Virus record (IMG/VR): IMGVR_UViG_3300042881_004673
Location: 16,392-80,391 of that record
Source: a virus
Reading direction: 5' to 3' (one strand)
Length of the DNA: 64,000 bases
Each line of letters opens with the position of its first letter. Within the stretch, counting starts at the first letter, position 1. Below are positions 30,271 through 40,350 of the stretch, piece after piece. The notes beneath the pieces are model-generated. The model had not been told where the DNA came from. It did not search any database and saw only the letters and a list, made by a program, of their open reading frames with translations. The position numbers and the translations under genes are program-made.

Positions 30271-30687
30271 ATGAAAGTAGTCATAACTAAATCACAATAT
30301 CAGAAAATCGTATTTAATTTATTGGATGTCTTGTATGGTCCCAATATTTCATTTAAAAAAGATGAGAATTCAGATGTATTTGAGATTTTATCAGATGATG
30401 ATGTAGAAATTTTTAGAGTTTATACAAAAGAGGGAAGATCTAAAGGATGTAAAAGAGATTTGTTAGTTCTTTCTAATACAATGGAGGACATTCAATCGTA
30501 TGTGCCACCATCGGTATTAAGAAAAAAATTATTTGCTAAAACTGTTATTTCTTATGTTAATGAAAAAACGGATCTTGATGTTGATTGTATTGATTTTGCG
30601 TATGAAATATATGATAATGATGAAACTTATTTCGAAAAAAAATATAGATTTAACGTTAAAAAAAATAAAAAAACTCACAATCGATAG
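30271..30687 (+). CDS. hypothetical protein, paralog of 37271..37711
   Basis: Start re-called to MKVVITKSQY; shared NLLD.LYGP, KGCK.DL, RKKLF.KTVISYVNEKT.LD.DCIDF. Confidence 0.8.
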   Translation: MKVVITKSQYQKIVFNLLDVLYGPNISFKKDENSDVFEILSDDDVEIFRVYTKEGRSKGCKRDLLVLSNTMEDIQSYVPPSVLRKKLFAKTVISYVNEKTDLDVDCIDFAYEIYDNDETYFEKKYRFNVKKNKKTHNR

Positions 30688-30742
30688 GTTTTTTTATTTT
30701 TTTTTTTGAACATAGAAGTATTTATAAATAAATTAAAATATT

Positions 30743-31387
30743 ATGGGAAGAATTATAAGATTAACGGAAAGAGATTTAACAAGAATTGTTAGAAGAGTTA
30801 TTAGAGAGGAACAAACAAATGTTAATGATGATTATTATTTTATTGACGAAAAAAGTATTTATGAACCACAATATGGGTATGGTGGTGGTAATGCGTTCCA
30901 AACTGTAAGAGGAACAGAAGTTTGGTTGAATAATGCCGCTCAGACATCATGGCCTGCGGGTGATGCGGTTAAAACAAAAAAGGCGGCACAAAAACTTATA
31001 AAAGCTTTATCAGGATTAGATATTAGCGGAAGTGGTGCCAAGTTGGCTCAAGAAGTTGCAACCGAATGGAAAACATACGGTTTGATTGATCAAAATGAAT
31101 TTTTAAGGCAGTGGGATGTGTTAGCAGCAAAACAAGGAGAATATTTCAACCTTAGTGGCGGGAACATGTTTAAATGGATGTCACCTTGGGAAGAATTGTT
31201 TGATGATAATGAGCATGATATTGCAAGTCAAATGATTGATCATAGTATAGCAAGAGTTAAAACTTACTGTCAACCTTATGCGGATCAAAAAACTAAAGCC
31301 GCAAGAGGTGTTGGAACATATTCTAAAAATGTAATTTGTGATTTGTTTGTAACTAATGATCTAAGAAGTCCTATGTTTAAAGACTAA
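30743..31387 (+). CDS. leader-tagged hypothetical protein
   Basis: MGRIIRLTERDLTRIVRRVIREE. Confidence 0.8.
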   Translation: MGRIIRLTERDLTRIVRRVIREEQTNVNDDYYFIDEKSIYEPQYGYGGGNAFQTVRGTEVWLNNAAQTSWPAGDAVKTKKAAQKLIKALSGLDISGSGAKLAQEVATEWKTYGLIDQNEFLRQWDVLAAKQGEYFNLSGGNMFKWMSPWEELFDDNEHDIASQMIDHSIARVKTYCQPYADQKTKAARGVGTYSKNVICDLFVTNDLRSPMFKD

Positions 31388-31397
31388 TAAAATTTAT

Positions 31398-31430
31398 AAC
31401 CCCATTTTCTAATAAGAGTGGGGTTTTTTT
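31398..31430 (+). terminator. CCCCA...TGGGG family terminator
   Basis: AACCCCATTTT...GAGTGGGGTT + T-run. Confidence 0.75.
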
Positions 31431-31572
31431 ATGATATAAAATTCTTCCTTTCTTATTGGGCGCCGGAACCCCGTCCCGACTTCGTCGGTTTTTTTTATCT
31501 TATTTATAATTTACTTAAGTGGGTATTTCAGAAAAGGTGTCGGTTTTTTTGTTTATACCATATTTATTATAT

Positions 31573-32142
31573 ATGAAAAAAATTATAAGATTAACAGAAA
31601 ATGATTTGTATAGAATTGTTCGACAAGTTATTAGTGAAGAAGAAGTTTCTTATAATGTATTAAACAAATACTTAATATCTAAACCAGAGTTAATACCGTT
31701 ATATCAAGAGATTGAAAAAGTTCTTGGTGATAAATTTACTGAAAAACATTTTACCGATGAAATCAAATATTCGGGAGGATTAAAAGAACTAAGTGGAAAA
31801 CTTTTACCAAAAACTATTAATTCTTTTAATTTGTTAAAAAGCAAATTTCCTAATATAACCTATTCAGATAAAAGTTATCGTACTTATAAACTTCAAAAAG
31901 ATATGTTTTTAGATAGCGCTAAATCACACGGAAATACTATTTCAGGTGGGCTAATTCAAGCGGCTTTACCTGGATTTAGTCAACACCACACAGGAAAATC
32001 TTTAGACCTTGCTAATTATAAAAAAAATGGAGTTTCACAATTAACACCTGAAATATTACAAAAATATAATTTTTCACTTCCATACCAATATAAAACATCA
32101 TTCAGAATGGCAGAACCTTGGCACATATATTTAAATAACTAA
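31573..32142 (+). CDS. leader + M15B (VanY-like) D-Ala-D-Ala carboxypeptidase
   Basis: MKKIIRLTENDLYRIVRQVISEE; SYRTY..Q, AALPGFSQHHTGKSLD, EPWH. Confidence 0.85.
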   Translation: MKKIIRLTENDLYRIVRQVISEEEVSYNVLNKYLISKPELIPLYQEIEKVLGDKFTEKHFTDEIKYSGGLKELSGKLLPKTINSFNLLKSKFPNITYSDKSYRTYKLQKDMFLDSAKSHGNTISGGLIQAALPGFSQHHTGKSLDLANYKKNGVSQLTPEILQKYNFSLPYQYKTSFRMAEPWHIYLNN

Positions 32143-32185
32143 TTTTTTTTGAATATATAAGTATTTATAAATAAATTAAAATATT

Positions 32186-32719
32186 ATGGGAAGAATTATA
32201 AGATTAACAGAAAGAGATTTGACTCGCATCGTTAGAAGAGTTATTAGAGAAAATGAAGAAGAGTGGATTGACCAATCACAAGATATGGATGATGAATCAG
32301 ACTTTTCAAAAATGGAACTAGAACAAAGTAGTAAAGAGGCGACAGAACAATTGAGTCCTGAAGAGCAAGATATGTTACGTGATTTTATAGAAAGTAACGG
32401 TATTGAATCTTTACAATCAATAGTTAAAGATTCTTTGGAGTCTGTATTGACGGAAGAGGATGAAAATGAAATGGGTGATAATGAATACGAAATAAGAAGT
32501 ATCATTGATAAAATTATTGGTTATAGTTCAATTGGTGCTGTATTAGCGATTGTTCCGGCAGCAATGTTTATAAGTGCGGGAATTGCTGCGGCTTTAGGTG
32601 TTTATGCTTTAGCAAGTAATACTCTTAGAGATTCCGCTTGGTTTAAAAGAAAAGGTTATGATAAATACCAAACAGGACACCATTACGGAAAATCCGATAA
32701 AAGTAGAAACAACAGATAA
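32186..32719 (+). CDS. leader-tagged protein with acidic region and TM segment(s)
   Basis: MGRIIRLTERDLTRIVRRVIRE; DDESDFSKM similar to DNESDYSEM in 44092; hydrophobic IGAVLAIVPAAMFISAGIAAALGVYAL. Confidence 0.8.
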   Translation: MGRIIRLTERDLTRIVRRVIRENEEEWIDQSQDMDDESDFSKMELEQSSKEATEQLSPEEQDMLRDFIESNGIESLQSIVKDSLESVLTEEDENEMGDNEYEIRSIIDKIIGYSSIGAVLAIVPAAMFISAGIAAALGVYALASNTLRDSAWFKRKGYDKYQTGHHYGKSDKSRNNR

Positions 32720-32721
32720 TA

Positions 32722-33216
32722 ATGAAAAGAATTATAAGATTAACCGAATCAGATTTAACAAGACTTGTTAAAAAAACTATTATGGAACTTGATAGGTCAA
32801 CTTATGATAGAGCTGCTGATGTTGCAGGTGAAAAAGGATATAATAAATTGTCTGATAGATTTCGTGAATACGGAAAAGAATTTGGTTTAAATCAAGAAAG
32901 AGATAATATCGTAATGGTTGTAGATCGTGGAGGTGAAGACCAAGTTTTAAACGTTAGAATTAATGATCTAAAAAGTGATTCTAACTATTCTATGAGTTTT
33001 ACTTTGGAAACAGAAGAACTTGATAAAGGAACTAAAAGAAAGTTTGAATTAAACAAATATTCGGATAACATAGAATTTTATCTGAATGGTCAATTTCCAT
33101 CTTTGCCACAGACAAGGAAAGATGCAAAAAAAGTTTTAAGGTTGTTTGAAAACAATGGAGTTGATGTAAGTAAAATTGACCCAAGATCAATATCATATGA
33201 TGACAGTGGATTTTAA
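32722..33216 (+). CDS. leader-tagged hypothetical protein
   Basis: MKRIIRLTESDLTRLVKKTIME. Confidence 0.8.
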   Translation: MKRIIRLTESDLTRLVKKTIMELDRSTYDRAADVAGEKGYNKLSDRFREYGKEFGLNQERDNIVMVVDRGGEDQVLNVRINDLKSDSNYSMSFTLETEELDKGTKRKFELNKYSDNIEFYLNGQFPSLPQTRKDAKKVLRLFENNGVDVSKIDPRSISYDDSGF

Positions 33217-33240
33217 ATGATAAACTAAAGAAATAAAGAT

Positions 33241-33528
33241 ATGAAAAGAATTATAAGATTAACTGAATCAGATTTAACAAGATTAGTTAAACAAGTTATT
33301 AGTGAAAACTACGAAAACTCATTATACTCAGATATTATGGAACTAATAAAAAATTCTAACTCAAGTCATGAAGAAACCATTAGTGTTTTAAATTCTATTG
33401 TTGATGAAATGTCTTCTTCAAGGAGATTAAGACGAGATGTAGAAAAAAGATTTCGTGATGATAATGAAATCACAAGTAATGATCCACGATATCTTTACGA
33501 CATGGGACGTGGAGTATCAGGTCATTAA
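33241..33528 (+). CDS. leader-tagged hypothetical protein
   Basis: MKRIIRLTESDLTRLVKQVISE. Confidence 0.8.
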   Translation: MKRIIRLTESDLTRLVKQVISENYENSLYSDIMELIKNSNSSHEETISVLNSIVDEMSSSRRLRRDVEKRFRDDNEITSNDPRYLYDMGRGVSGH

Positions 33529-33551
33529 AAATTAATAAATAAAATTTTTAT

Positions 33552-33585
33552 AAAACCCCATTCTCTAACAAGAGTGGGGTTTTTT
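33552..33585 (+). terminator. CCCCA...TGGGG family terminator
   Basis: AAAACCCCATTCT...AGAGTGGGGTTTT. Confidence 0.8.
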
Positions 33586-33634
33586 GTTTCACTTATTTAA
33601 ATGTTGGGGTATATTTAAAATTATATATTATTCT

Positions 33635-34033
33635 ATGGTTAGAAAAGACATTTATAAAATTGACATACAAGATGGTTTATATTTTTTAGTATTTCATAAA
33701 ACATTTAATGGTGGGTTTGGATCCGCAGTATCTTTATATGTGAATGAATTCGAATATTTAAAATTTGATTGTTTTGGGGAGAATGAAGGTCATTATCATA
33801 TTTATGATGAAATAACAAATGAGATCATATATTTTATTGAAAAAACATGTGAAGAACAAATAACTCGTACTTCATATGAATTAATTAATAATATTGACAC
33901 ATATTTAAATAAAAGTAAAAATGTGGATATAAAAAATTTTAAAATAAATCACAAAGATTTTATAGAAAAAATAGATGATGTAAAAAATAAAATGTTAGAA
34001 TATGAATATAATTTTTATTCTACTTTAAGATAA
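33635..34033 (+). CDS. hypothetical protein
   Basis: Start re-called to MVRKDIYK; LKFDCFG..GHYH motif. Confidence 0.65.
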   Translation: MVRKDIYKIDIQDGLYFLVFHKTFNGGFGSAVSLYVNEFEYLKFDCFGENEGHYHIYDEITNEIIYFIEKTCEEQITRTSYELINNIDTYLNKSKNVDIKNFKINHKDFIEKIDDVKNKMLEYEYNFYSTLR

Positions 34034-34044
34034 AATATAAAACA

Positions 34045-34698
34045 ATGACACCACACCATTTATCAGAAAAATTTTACACCTCGATTAATTTGGTGGTAAA
34101 TAAGACACAGCCAAAAAAAATACTATTTTTAGCAAAAGTCTTTTGTGAAGAATGGTTATTACCTAATATGTTAACGTATTCAGATGATGTTCATATTGAT
34201 TATATTCTAATACAAGAAGATGAGGTTATTGGTCTTGAGTGTGAAATTAAAGATGGAATGAAATATAATTTTCCACATAACTATGTTTCATTTGATGAGT
34301 TTAAAAACTTTTTATTTTTGGATTCTTATGATTTTATTATAATGGATACGGTTCATTATAAGGACTATATGGATTACATTTTTAAAAACATAATTCCTTT
34401 GTGTGACGGTTATGTTTTATTACATGATACATTACCACAAAGTGAGGGATCTTTGACAATACCTCGTAGATCTGATACTAGTCCTTGGGTTGGTCAAACA
34501 TATATTTCATTTCATAATTTTTATTTGGGAAATAAGAATATATCATATAATTTTGATGATGGTTATGTTGGTTATGGTTTAATTGATTGTTCTAAAAATA
34601 ATATTAATGTTGATTATGATGACACAATAATTTGGGGACTAGATCAAATTAAACTTAGTTCCATCCCTCACGAACAATTTAATAATGTTATAATGTAA
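34045..34698 (+). CDS. class I SAM-methyltransferase-like protein (Methyltransf_24-like)
   Basis: YDFIIMDTVH...GYVLLHDT.P; N-terminal glycine motif not evident. Confidence 0.5.
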   Translation: MTPHHLSEKFYTSINLVVNKTQPKKILFLAKVFCEEWLLPNMLTYSDDVHIDYILIQEDEVIGLECEIKDGMKYNFPHNYVSFDEFKNFLFLDSYDFIIMDTVHYKDYMDYIFKNIIPLCDGYVLLHDTLPQSEGSLTIPRRSDTSPWVGQTYISFHNFYLGNKNISYNFDDGYVGYGLIDCSKNNINVDYDDTIIWGLDQIKLSSIPHEQFNNVIM

Positions 34699-34773
34699 AA
34701 AAAAATAAATAATTAATAATAAAAGTGAGATTTTTTGCAACATCAACATATTTATTAATAAATTAAAACAAAT

Positions 34774-35310
34774 AAATTAAAACATTATGGGAAAAATAGT
34801 AAGATTAACTGAATCAGATTTAGTTAGAATTGTAAAAAGAGTAATTAATGAAGGTCTGAGTACAGCACTTATGGCACCATTAACTGTTGGTGGTAAAACA
34901 TATCAAGTGCAACTTTTTGGTAGAGATACGGTTGCTTTTGTTAGTAAAAATGATGTAAACACTGAGATTAAAGACAGAGATCTAATTGGAAAACTTAATA
35001 CGGCGGCCGGATTTGCTTATGAAGCAATTCCAACATCAACCGGAACAGCGTCAGTTGGGTATATTAAAAATCACTGTTCTAAATACGGTAATCTTTGTAG
35101 TAAATTACCATAATGGTAGTTGGGTTTACCAAAGATCTTTATAATTAAAATAATATTTAAAATCCCCACATTAAAATTAAGATTGTTGGGTTTTTTTAAA
35201 ACATAAACATATTTATTAAAAAATTAAAAAATTAAAACATTATGGGAAAAATAGTAAGATTAACTGAATCAGATTTAGTTAGAATTGTAAAAAGAGTAAT
35301 TAATGAAGGT
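34774..35310 (+). repeat. 82-bp perfect direct repeat (34774-34855 and 35229-35310) covering 5' UTR and leader
   Basis: AAATTAAAACATTATGGGAAAAATAG...AATTAATGAAGGT is identical; identity stops one codon after the leader Glu. Confidence 0.9.
34787..35113 (+). CDS. leader-tagged hypothetical protein
   Basis: MGKIVRLTESDLVRIVKRVINE. Confidence 0.8.
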   Translation: MGKIVRLTESDLVRIVKRVINEGLSTALMAPLTVGGKTYQVQLFGRDTVAFVSKNDVNTEIKDRDLIGKLNTAAGFAYEAIPTSTGTASVGYIKNHCSKYGNLCSKLP

Positions 35311-35538
35311 ACATCTTCTGGGCCATTCATAGTTAATGGTAAAAAGTATAATCTATTAGTTTATGGAAATGGAACAGTTGCGTACGATGATGGTATGGGT
35401 AGGGGAGTTATGGACCCCGCTATGATTAAAAAATTAAACGCTCTGTCTGGAATGGATATGCCCAGTACCGGAGTCGTAGAAGTAAAGAAACTTATGTCAT
35501 ACCCCAAACTTTATATGTGGTATAATCATCAACAATAG
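35242..35538 (+). CDS. leader-tagged hypothetical protein, diverged paralog of 34787
   Basis: Identical leader; cargo shares V.GK.Y...G..TVA...KLN..G. Confidence 0.8.
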   Translation: MGKIVRLTESDLVRIVKRVINEGTSSGPFIVNGKKYNLLVYGNGTVAYDDGMGRGVMDPAMIKKLNALSGMDMPSTGVVEVKKLMSYPKLYMWYNHQQ

Positions 35539-35577
35539 GTTCTTGGAGACACAGTATAAAGGTACATAAAAGTAACT

Positions 35578-35611
35578 AAACCCCATCTTTTAATTAAGTT
35601 TGGGGTTTTTT
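35578..35611 (+). terminator. intrinsic terminator
   Basis: AAACCCCA/TGGGGTTT + T-run. Confidence 0.7.
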
Positions 35612-35634
35612 GTTTTCCATTATATTTATCATAT

Positions 35635-36435
35635 ATGAAAATCATTCTTACAGAAGATCAGTATGAACAATTAACTGAAATGATTAAACTAGACATCAAG
35701 GTGGGTGACACCATAATGGGTGGCAAGTTTAAAAATAAGAAGGTTGTTGTAAAAACAATTGGAAAAAATGATAAGGGAGATATTACAATTAACGGTAAAC
35801 CATTATTGAGATTCAGAATTATAAAAGAATCCAATAATGCTGGTCTTAGAAGACGTGAAAGAATTGAGGAACTGTTCCACGATTATTTATTATCTAATAA
35901 TGTAACCCCTCAGGATTCGTTTGAGGGATACTTTCAATCATTGTGTTGGGACATTGCAATTAAGGTTGTAGATAGATCAAATGTTACCCTTAGAAACCAA
36001 ATCATTCGATTTATTAAAAATTATTTTTATGAAGAATTTAAAGGGTGGTGGGAAAGAAAACAAAAAAGAATGGGTATTAATGAAAATTCGTCAAGATCAG
36101 AAAAGATAAAAAAGTATTTAAAAAATAAATTGAATATTGATTTTACCGACAAGATCCAACAAATAACTTCCACATATGATGTTCCAACAAGTTTTGATGA
36201 TGGTATTGCTCCATCAACTATCAGAACATATTTGAATCATTGGGGTCCGATGTATCTTGTTAAAATTGATGGTGAAAATTATTTATATCAAGATAGAGGT
36301 GATTTTGAAATGTTTATTGATGAGGATGGATATTGGAATAAAGATGAAATCCCTGAAAAACTTGGTATCTCTGTATTGGGGTTAAGGTTCTCAGATATTC
36401 TTGACATGTATTTTTATGAGGAGGACCAAATATGA
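35635..36435 (+). CDS. leader-tagged three-module polyprotein
   Basis: MKIILTEDQYEQLTE; small basic module; IIKE-S module; INE-N module shared with 36432 and 39408. Confidence 0.8.
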   Translation: MKIILTEDQYEQLTEMIKLDIKVGDTIMGGKFKNKKVVVKTIGKNDKGDITINGKPLLRFRIIKESNNAGLRRRERIEELFHDYLLSNNVTPQDSFEGYFQSLCWDIAIKVVDRSNVTLRNQIIRFIKNYFYEEFKGWWERKQKRMGINENSSRSEKIKKYLKNKLNIDFTDKIQQITSTYDVPTSFDDGIAPSTIRTYLNHWGPMYLVKIDGENYLYQDRGDFEMFIDEDGYWNKDEIPEKLGISVLGLRFSDILDMYFYEEDQI

Positions 36436-37274
36436 AAATAATTATAACGGAAAACCAACTTAAAACGGTAGTATTTAAAAACATTAATGAATCCGCACCC
36501 AAAGATATAGAAAAAAGATATAAAACATATTCAAAACTTTTAAATGAACTAACAGAAACATTTGATTGGGTATCTAAAATTGATGTTAAATTAAGTTCTA
36601 CCGCCGAAGCAGGTGGATGGAGAAATGAAGAGAGTAAACCACTATTAAAAGTGTCAGTTTATTTTAAAAACTATCAAAAAATTCGAATGACGACACAGTT
36701 TGAGTTATTTGATGAAATAAGCTTTATTCACGATATGTTTTTTCCTCAACTAACCGGTGACCCTCTTATATATTCAGATAATGTTACAGCATATTTTTCA
36801 GTTAAATCAGTTTTTCCAAACGGTAAAACGGACTCCTTCCCAAGTCAAAACCAAATTGTTTCGGGGGATTATGACGCTGTAAGTCAAATTAGTGAATCAA
36901 ATGAAAAAAATAAAATTTTTCTTAAAGATAAGTTTGGAATTGACCTTGACGGAAAAATTAGAATGATTCAAAGTTATGAAGAACTTCCACTTGTGTTTGC
37001 CTCACATTTTTACCCAAAAGATTTTAACAGGATGTTAAATGATGGTGGTCCGTTTTATGTGATGAGCATTAATAAAGGTTATAAAATTGGTAATACATAT
37101 GTAAACAAACTTTATTTATATCGACCTCGAGTTGACGGATCTAGTTATTTAGTAGACCAAGATGGGTATAATAAAGCCGAATCCACTTTTTTGGAAAATC
37201 TTGGAGTTGATGTAATGGGTTTAACAATTAAAGATTTGGTTAACATATATTTTAATGAGGAGGATCAAATATGA
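36432..37274 (+). CDS. leader-tagged two-module protein
   Basis: MKIIITENQL...INE; ISE-SNEK.KIFLKDKFGID module; ends YFNEEDQI like 35635 (YFYEEDQI). Confidence 0.8.
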   Translation: MKIIITENQLKTVVFKNINESAPKDIEKRYKTYSKLLNELTETFDWVSKIDVKLSSTAEAGGWRNEESKPLLKVSVYFKNYQKIRMTTQFELFDEISFIHDMFFPQLTGDPLIYSDNVTAYFSVKSVFPNGKTDSFPSQNQIVSGDYDAVSQISESNEKNKIFLKDKFGIDLDGKIRMIQSYEELPLVFASHFYPKDFNRMLNDGGPFYVMSINKGYKIGNTYVNKLYLYRPRVDGSSYLVDQDGYNKAESTFLENLGVDVMGLTIKDLVNIYFNEEDQI

Positions 37275-37711
37275 AAGTAGAAATAAGTAAAAAACAATAT
37301 CAAAGGGTCATTTATAATTTATTAGATACATTGTATGGGCCAAAACTTTCATATGAAAGAAAAAAAGATATGATTTACATATATTCAAATGATAATGATC
37401 CTTTTGAAAATGAGTTGATTGGAGAAGGTGATGCGATATTTAGAGTTTATACGGGTAGTGGTAAAGGTAAAGGATGTAAAAAAGATTTGTATGTTACTTC
37501 TGAGACCGGAGAAGAAATTGAAGATTTTATACCAAAAGCCGCAACAAGAAAAAAATTATTTTCCAAAACTGTTATTTCTTATGTTAATGAAAAAACGGGA
37601 CTTGATATTGATTGTATTGATTTTTGGTATCACACAGGTTTAGAGGATTATTCGTCTAGCTACGATAAATATAATTTTAATGTGAAAAAGAATAAAAAGA
37701 TTAGAACATAA
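37271..37711 (+). CDS. hypothetical protein, paralog of 30271..30687
   Basis: Shared motifs listed under 30271. Confidence 0.8.
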   Translation: MKVEISKKQYQRVIYNLLDTLYGPKLSYERKKDMIYIYSNDNDPFENELIGEGDAIFRVYTGSGKGKGCKKDLYVTSETGEEIEDFIPKAATRKKLFSKTVISYVNEKTGLDIDCIDFWYHTGLEDYSSSYDKYNFNVKKNKKIRT

Positions 37712-37761
37712 ACAGTGCGGGTTTTTGTTTTATATACTATTTATTAACAAACGATAATATC

Positions 37762-38205
37762 ATGAATAGAAGTTATAGTAAAATTAGACACATACAAGAG
37801 GCAAACTTTCGTTTGGAAAGGAGATTGATCTCTGAACAAGCCGTTCCTCAGCAAGTTACTGACTTGTTTAATGAATTAAAAAAAGTTCCTCTTTATCAAG
37901 AATCTAATGCTTTAAGAGCGGACGGAAATAGAGTATACTATATAGGAAACATTGGTGGAACAAGCAAAACCGGAATGTTTGGTAAGGATAAATCTGAAAT
38001 TGGAACCCTTACAAACGCCACCGATCCTAACGCTAGATTTTTTGAGTGGACAGGAACAGGATGGAAACGAGGTGAACAACAAAACAAGTATTATGATGTG
38101 GCGGCCGTTGATCAGAATACGGCACTTAAAGATTATGCAAATCTATCTCTACCACAACAATCAAATCAACAAAGTCCTACCAATAATGTGGCAATCACCA
38201 ATTAA
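37762..38205 (+). CDS. leader-tagged hypothetical protein
   Basis: MNRSYSKIRHIQEANFRLERRLISE. Confidence 0.75.
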   Translation: MNRSYSKIRHIQEANFRLERRLISEQAVPQQVTDLFNELKKVPLYQESNALRADGNRVYYIGNIGGTSKTGMFGKDKSEIGTLTNATDPNARFFEWTGTGWKRGEQQNKYYDVAAVDQNTALKDYANLSLPQQSNQQSPTNNVAITN

Positions 38206-38223
38206 TTAAACTAGCCATAGAAT

Positions 38224-38703
38224 ATGGGTAATTATGTAAATTTACCGGACAAATCTCTTAGGGTTATAATAATGACTCTAAATAAAGAATTTGACGAAAA
38301 CAATATTGATATTGAGGGAAATGATATTTTCGAAGAAGATACTGTTAATCTTATTGATGCTACATTGGAATATTTTGGTATTGGAGGTCAAGATATTGAA
38401 TTATACTCATATTTCATTTCTTTATGTCTTTTAAATCCTGGTTATTTGGATAAGACTGTTCCAATACAAAGACCTAAATTAAACAAATATGAAGTTATTC
38501 ATAGTGAGTCATCTAGGGTTTATAAAACTACCACATATAGAACCGTAATACCATCATATATTGAGTTGGATGAAAATATGATTGGTGATTTAAGGTCAAT
38601 AGAGTTATATGATTATTGGGATGGTGAAGAGATTAGTGATTATGTGGACGATTCAGAAACAACTGATGACTCAGTGGAGGAAATAAATAGAATTCAAGAG
38701 TAG
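38224..38703 (+). CDS. acidic hypothetical protein, paralog of 41770..42249
   Basis: PDK..R, RP.L.KYE..H, SYI.L, Y....GEEI shared. Confidence 0.75.
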   Translation: MGNYVNLPDKSLRVIIMTLNKEFDENNIDIEGNDIFEEDTVNLIDATLEYFGIGGQDIELYSYFISLCLLNPGYLDKTVPIQRPKLNKYEVIHSESSRVYKTTTYRTVIPSYIELDENMIGDLRSIELYDYWDGEEISDYVDDSETTDDSVEEINRIQE

Positions 38704-38757
38704 AAAATTTAAATAAAAACAATTTATCAAACTAATTATAACAAAACAATTTATATT

Positions 38758-39339
38758 ATGAAAAAATTATTATTAAAAATCACATCTTTATTAGGGTTGA
38801 AAAAAAATAAAACTTCTGTAGATCGAGCAGTAAAAATATACAAAGGTAAATTTGCGTTTTGTGGAGCTTCAGGAGCAGAAGCAACTGGAAATATTGTTAC
38901 AGTCCAAGGTAGAAAATTTAAAGAGGGTCGTTCAGTATGTCCAGTAATGAATGGTCCGTCAATTGCAAACCTTAAATTGGTCCCAAACCCATCTGTTACT
39001 CCTGATGGAACTGAAGATACAGTATGGTCTTTCTTTTGGTATTATGATGAGGTTCCTCAAGCACCAACTTGGGAAACTTTACCTACAGTAAATCGTTCAT
39101 TTGTAATTGGAGATACTCCAAACACTCAAATGAGTAATATGTTCTGTATGCCATGTAAGATTTTTAAAACTATTAATGGTGTTGAATTGGCAGAATGTGT
39201 TGGGCCATTAAATGAGATGGCAGTTCCTTTAAGAAGAGCCATTAGAGTTCATTCTGGTCAAACATCGATTACACAAGCACCTGAAGGATCGTCGTATCCG
39301 GTTGGAACTGTGATTCCAACAACTACTGATTCTGAATAA
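38758..39339 (+). CDS. Cys-containing hypothetical protein
   Basis: FCGAS, VCPV, VWSFFW, FCMPC, ECVGP. Confidence 0.75.
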   Translation: MKKLLLKITSLLGLKKNKTSVDRAVKIYKGKFAFCGASGAEATGNIVTVQGRKFKEGRSVCPVMNGPSIANLKLVPNPSVTPDGTEDTVWSFFWYYDEVPQAPTWETLPTVNRSFVIGDTPNTQMSNMFCMPCKIFKTINGVELAECVGPLNEMAVPLRRAIRVHSGQTSITQAPEGSSYPVGTVIPTTTDSE

Positions 39340-39357
39340 TCTAACTAAATTTAAATC

Positions 39358-39385
39358 AAACCCCGCCTAATCAGTGGGGTTTTTT
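39358..39385 (+). terminator. intrinsic terminator
   Basis: AAACCCCGC/GTGGGGTTT + T-run. Confidence 0.75.
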
Positions 39386-39407
39386 ATTTCCTACATATTT
39401 ATCATAT

Positions 39408-39842
39408 ATGAAAATCATTATAACGGAATCTCAATCGGGCGTAATTAAAAGATACGAAAGAATGGTTAGGAATATAAAAAAAAGTATTTCTGAAAATGTG
39501 TCAAGATCGGAAAAAATAAAAAAATTTTTAAAAGATAAACTGAATATTGATTTTACAAATGGAATCAAACAAATAACATCTCAAGAGGATATCCCACGAG
39601 TTTTTATTGATGACGCTTTAAGTTGGGGGGAGTTAAAAAAGTCTTTAAATTTTTGGGGACCTATGTATCTATTTGAACTTGAAAGTCATAAAATTTTATA
39701 TCAAGATAGAGGTGATTTTGAATGGTTTATGGATGAAAATGGTCATGAATATGTTGATGATGAAATTACTGAACATCTTGGGATTGGAATTATGGGGTTA
39801 AGATTCTCAGATATTGTTGACACATATTTTGAGGAAAAATAG
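39408..39842 (+). CDS. leader-tagged protein, stand-alone version of the last module of 35635
   Basis: MKIIITESQ...ISE-NVSRSEKIKKFLKDKLNIDFT...WGPMYL...LYQDRGDFE...LRFSDI. Confidence 0.8.
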   Translation: MKIIITESQSGVIKRYERMVRNIKKSISENVSRSEKIKKFLKDKLNIDFTNGIKQITSQEDIPRVFIDDALSWGELKKSLNFWGPMYLFELESHKILYQDRGDFEWFMDENGHEYVDDEITEHLGIGIMGLRFSDIVDTYFEEK

Positions 39843-39917
39843 TTTTTATAACCCTACATTAAAAAACTAATTAAAAATTTTTGTTTTATTTAATATTTAT
39901 ATATAAAGAATAACATT

Positions 39918-40307
39918 ATGAGGAGAATTATAATTGACCAACAAGAAAAAAATAGAATTCTAAACATGTATGTTTTTAAAACAAAAAAAAATAAACTAAG
40001 AGAGGGTATTGAATCACAAGAAACATTTGATATTGAAATAACAGGCCCTGATAAAGAAACAGGAAACTTAAGTTTAAAAAATATTAAAGTTGATCCAACA
40101 GACAAGTGTAAGGTAATATTTGATTATAATATATCGGGAGAAGGTATTAAACAATATTTTGAGATGGGCCAATTAATGGGAAATGAGGGGGAATATTCGT
40201 GTTCCAAAAATCAATTTTTATTAGAATCCAAACTTGGTAAAAGAGTTTATGTAACAAACGAAACAAACGAAACAATTAAAAATCATTGTTTAAGTTGTAA
40301 AGTTTAA
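39918..40307 (+). CDS. leader-tagged hypothetical protein
   Basis: MRRIIIDQQEKNRILNMY...LRE. Confidence 0.7.
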   Translation: MRRIIIDQQEKNRILNMYVFKTKKNKLREGIESQETFDIEITGPDKETGNLSLKNIKVDPTDKCKVIFDYNISGEGIKQYFEMGQLMGNEGEYSCSKNQFLLESKLGKRVYVTNETNETIKNHCLSCKV

Positions 40308-40350
40308 TTTTTTTAAAAACTAAAGTATTTATATTATAAAAAATAATATT

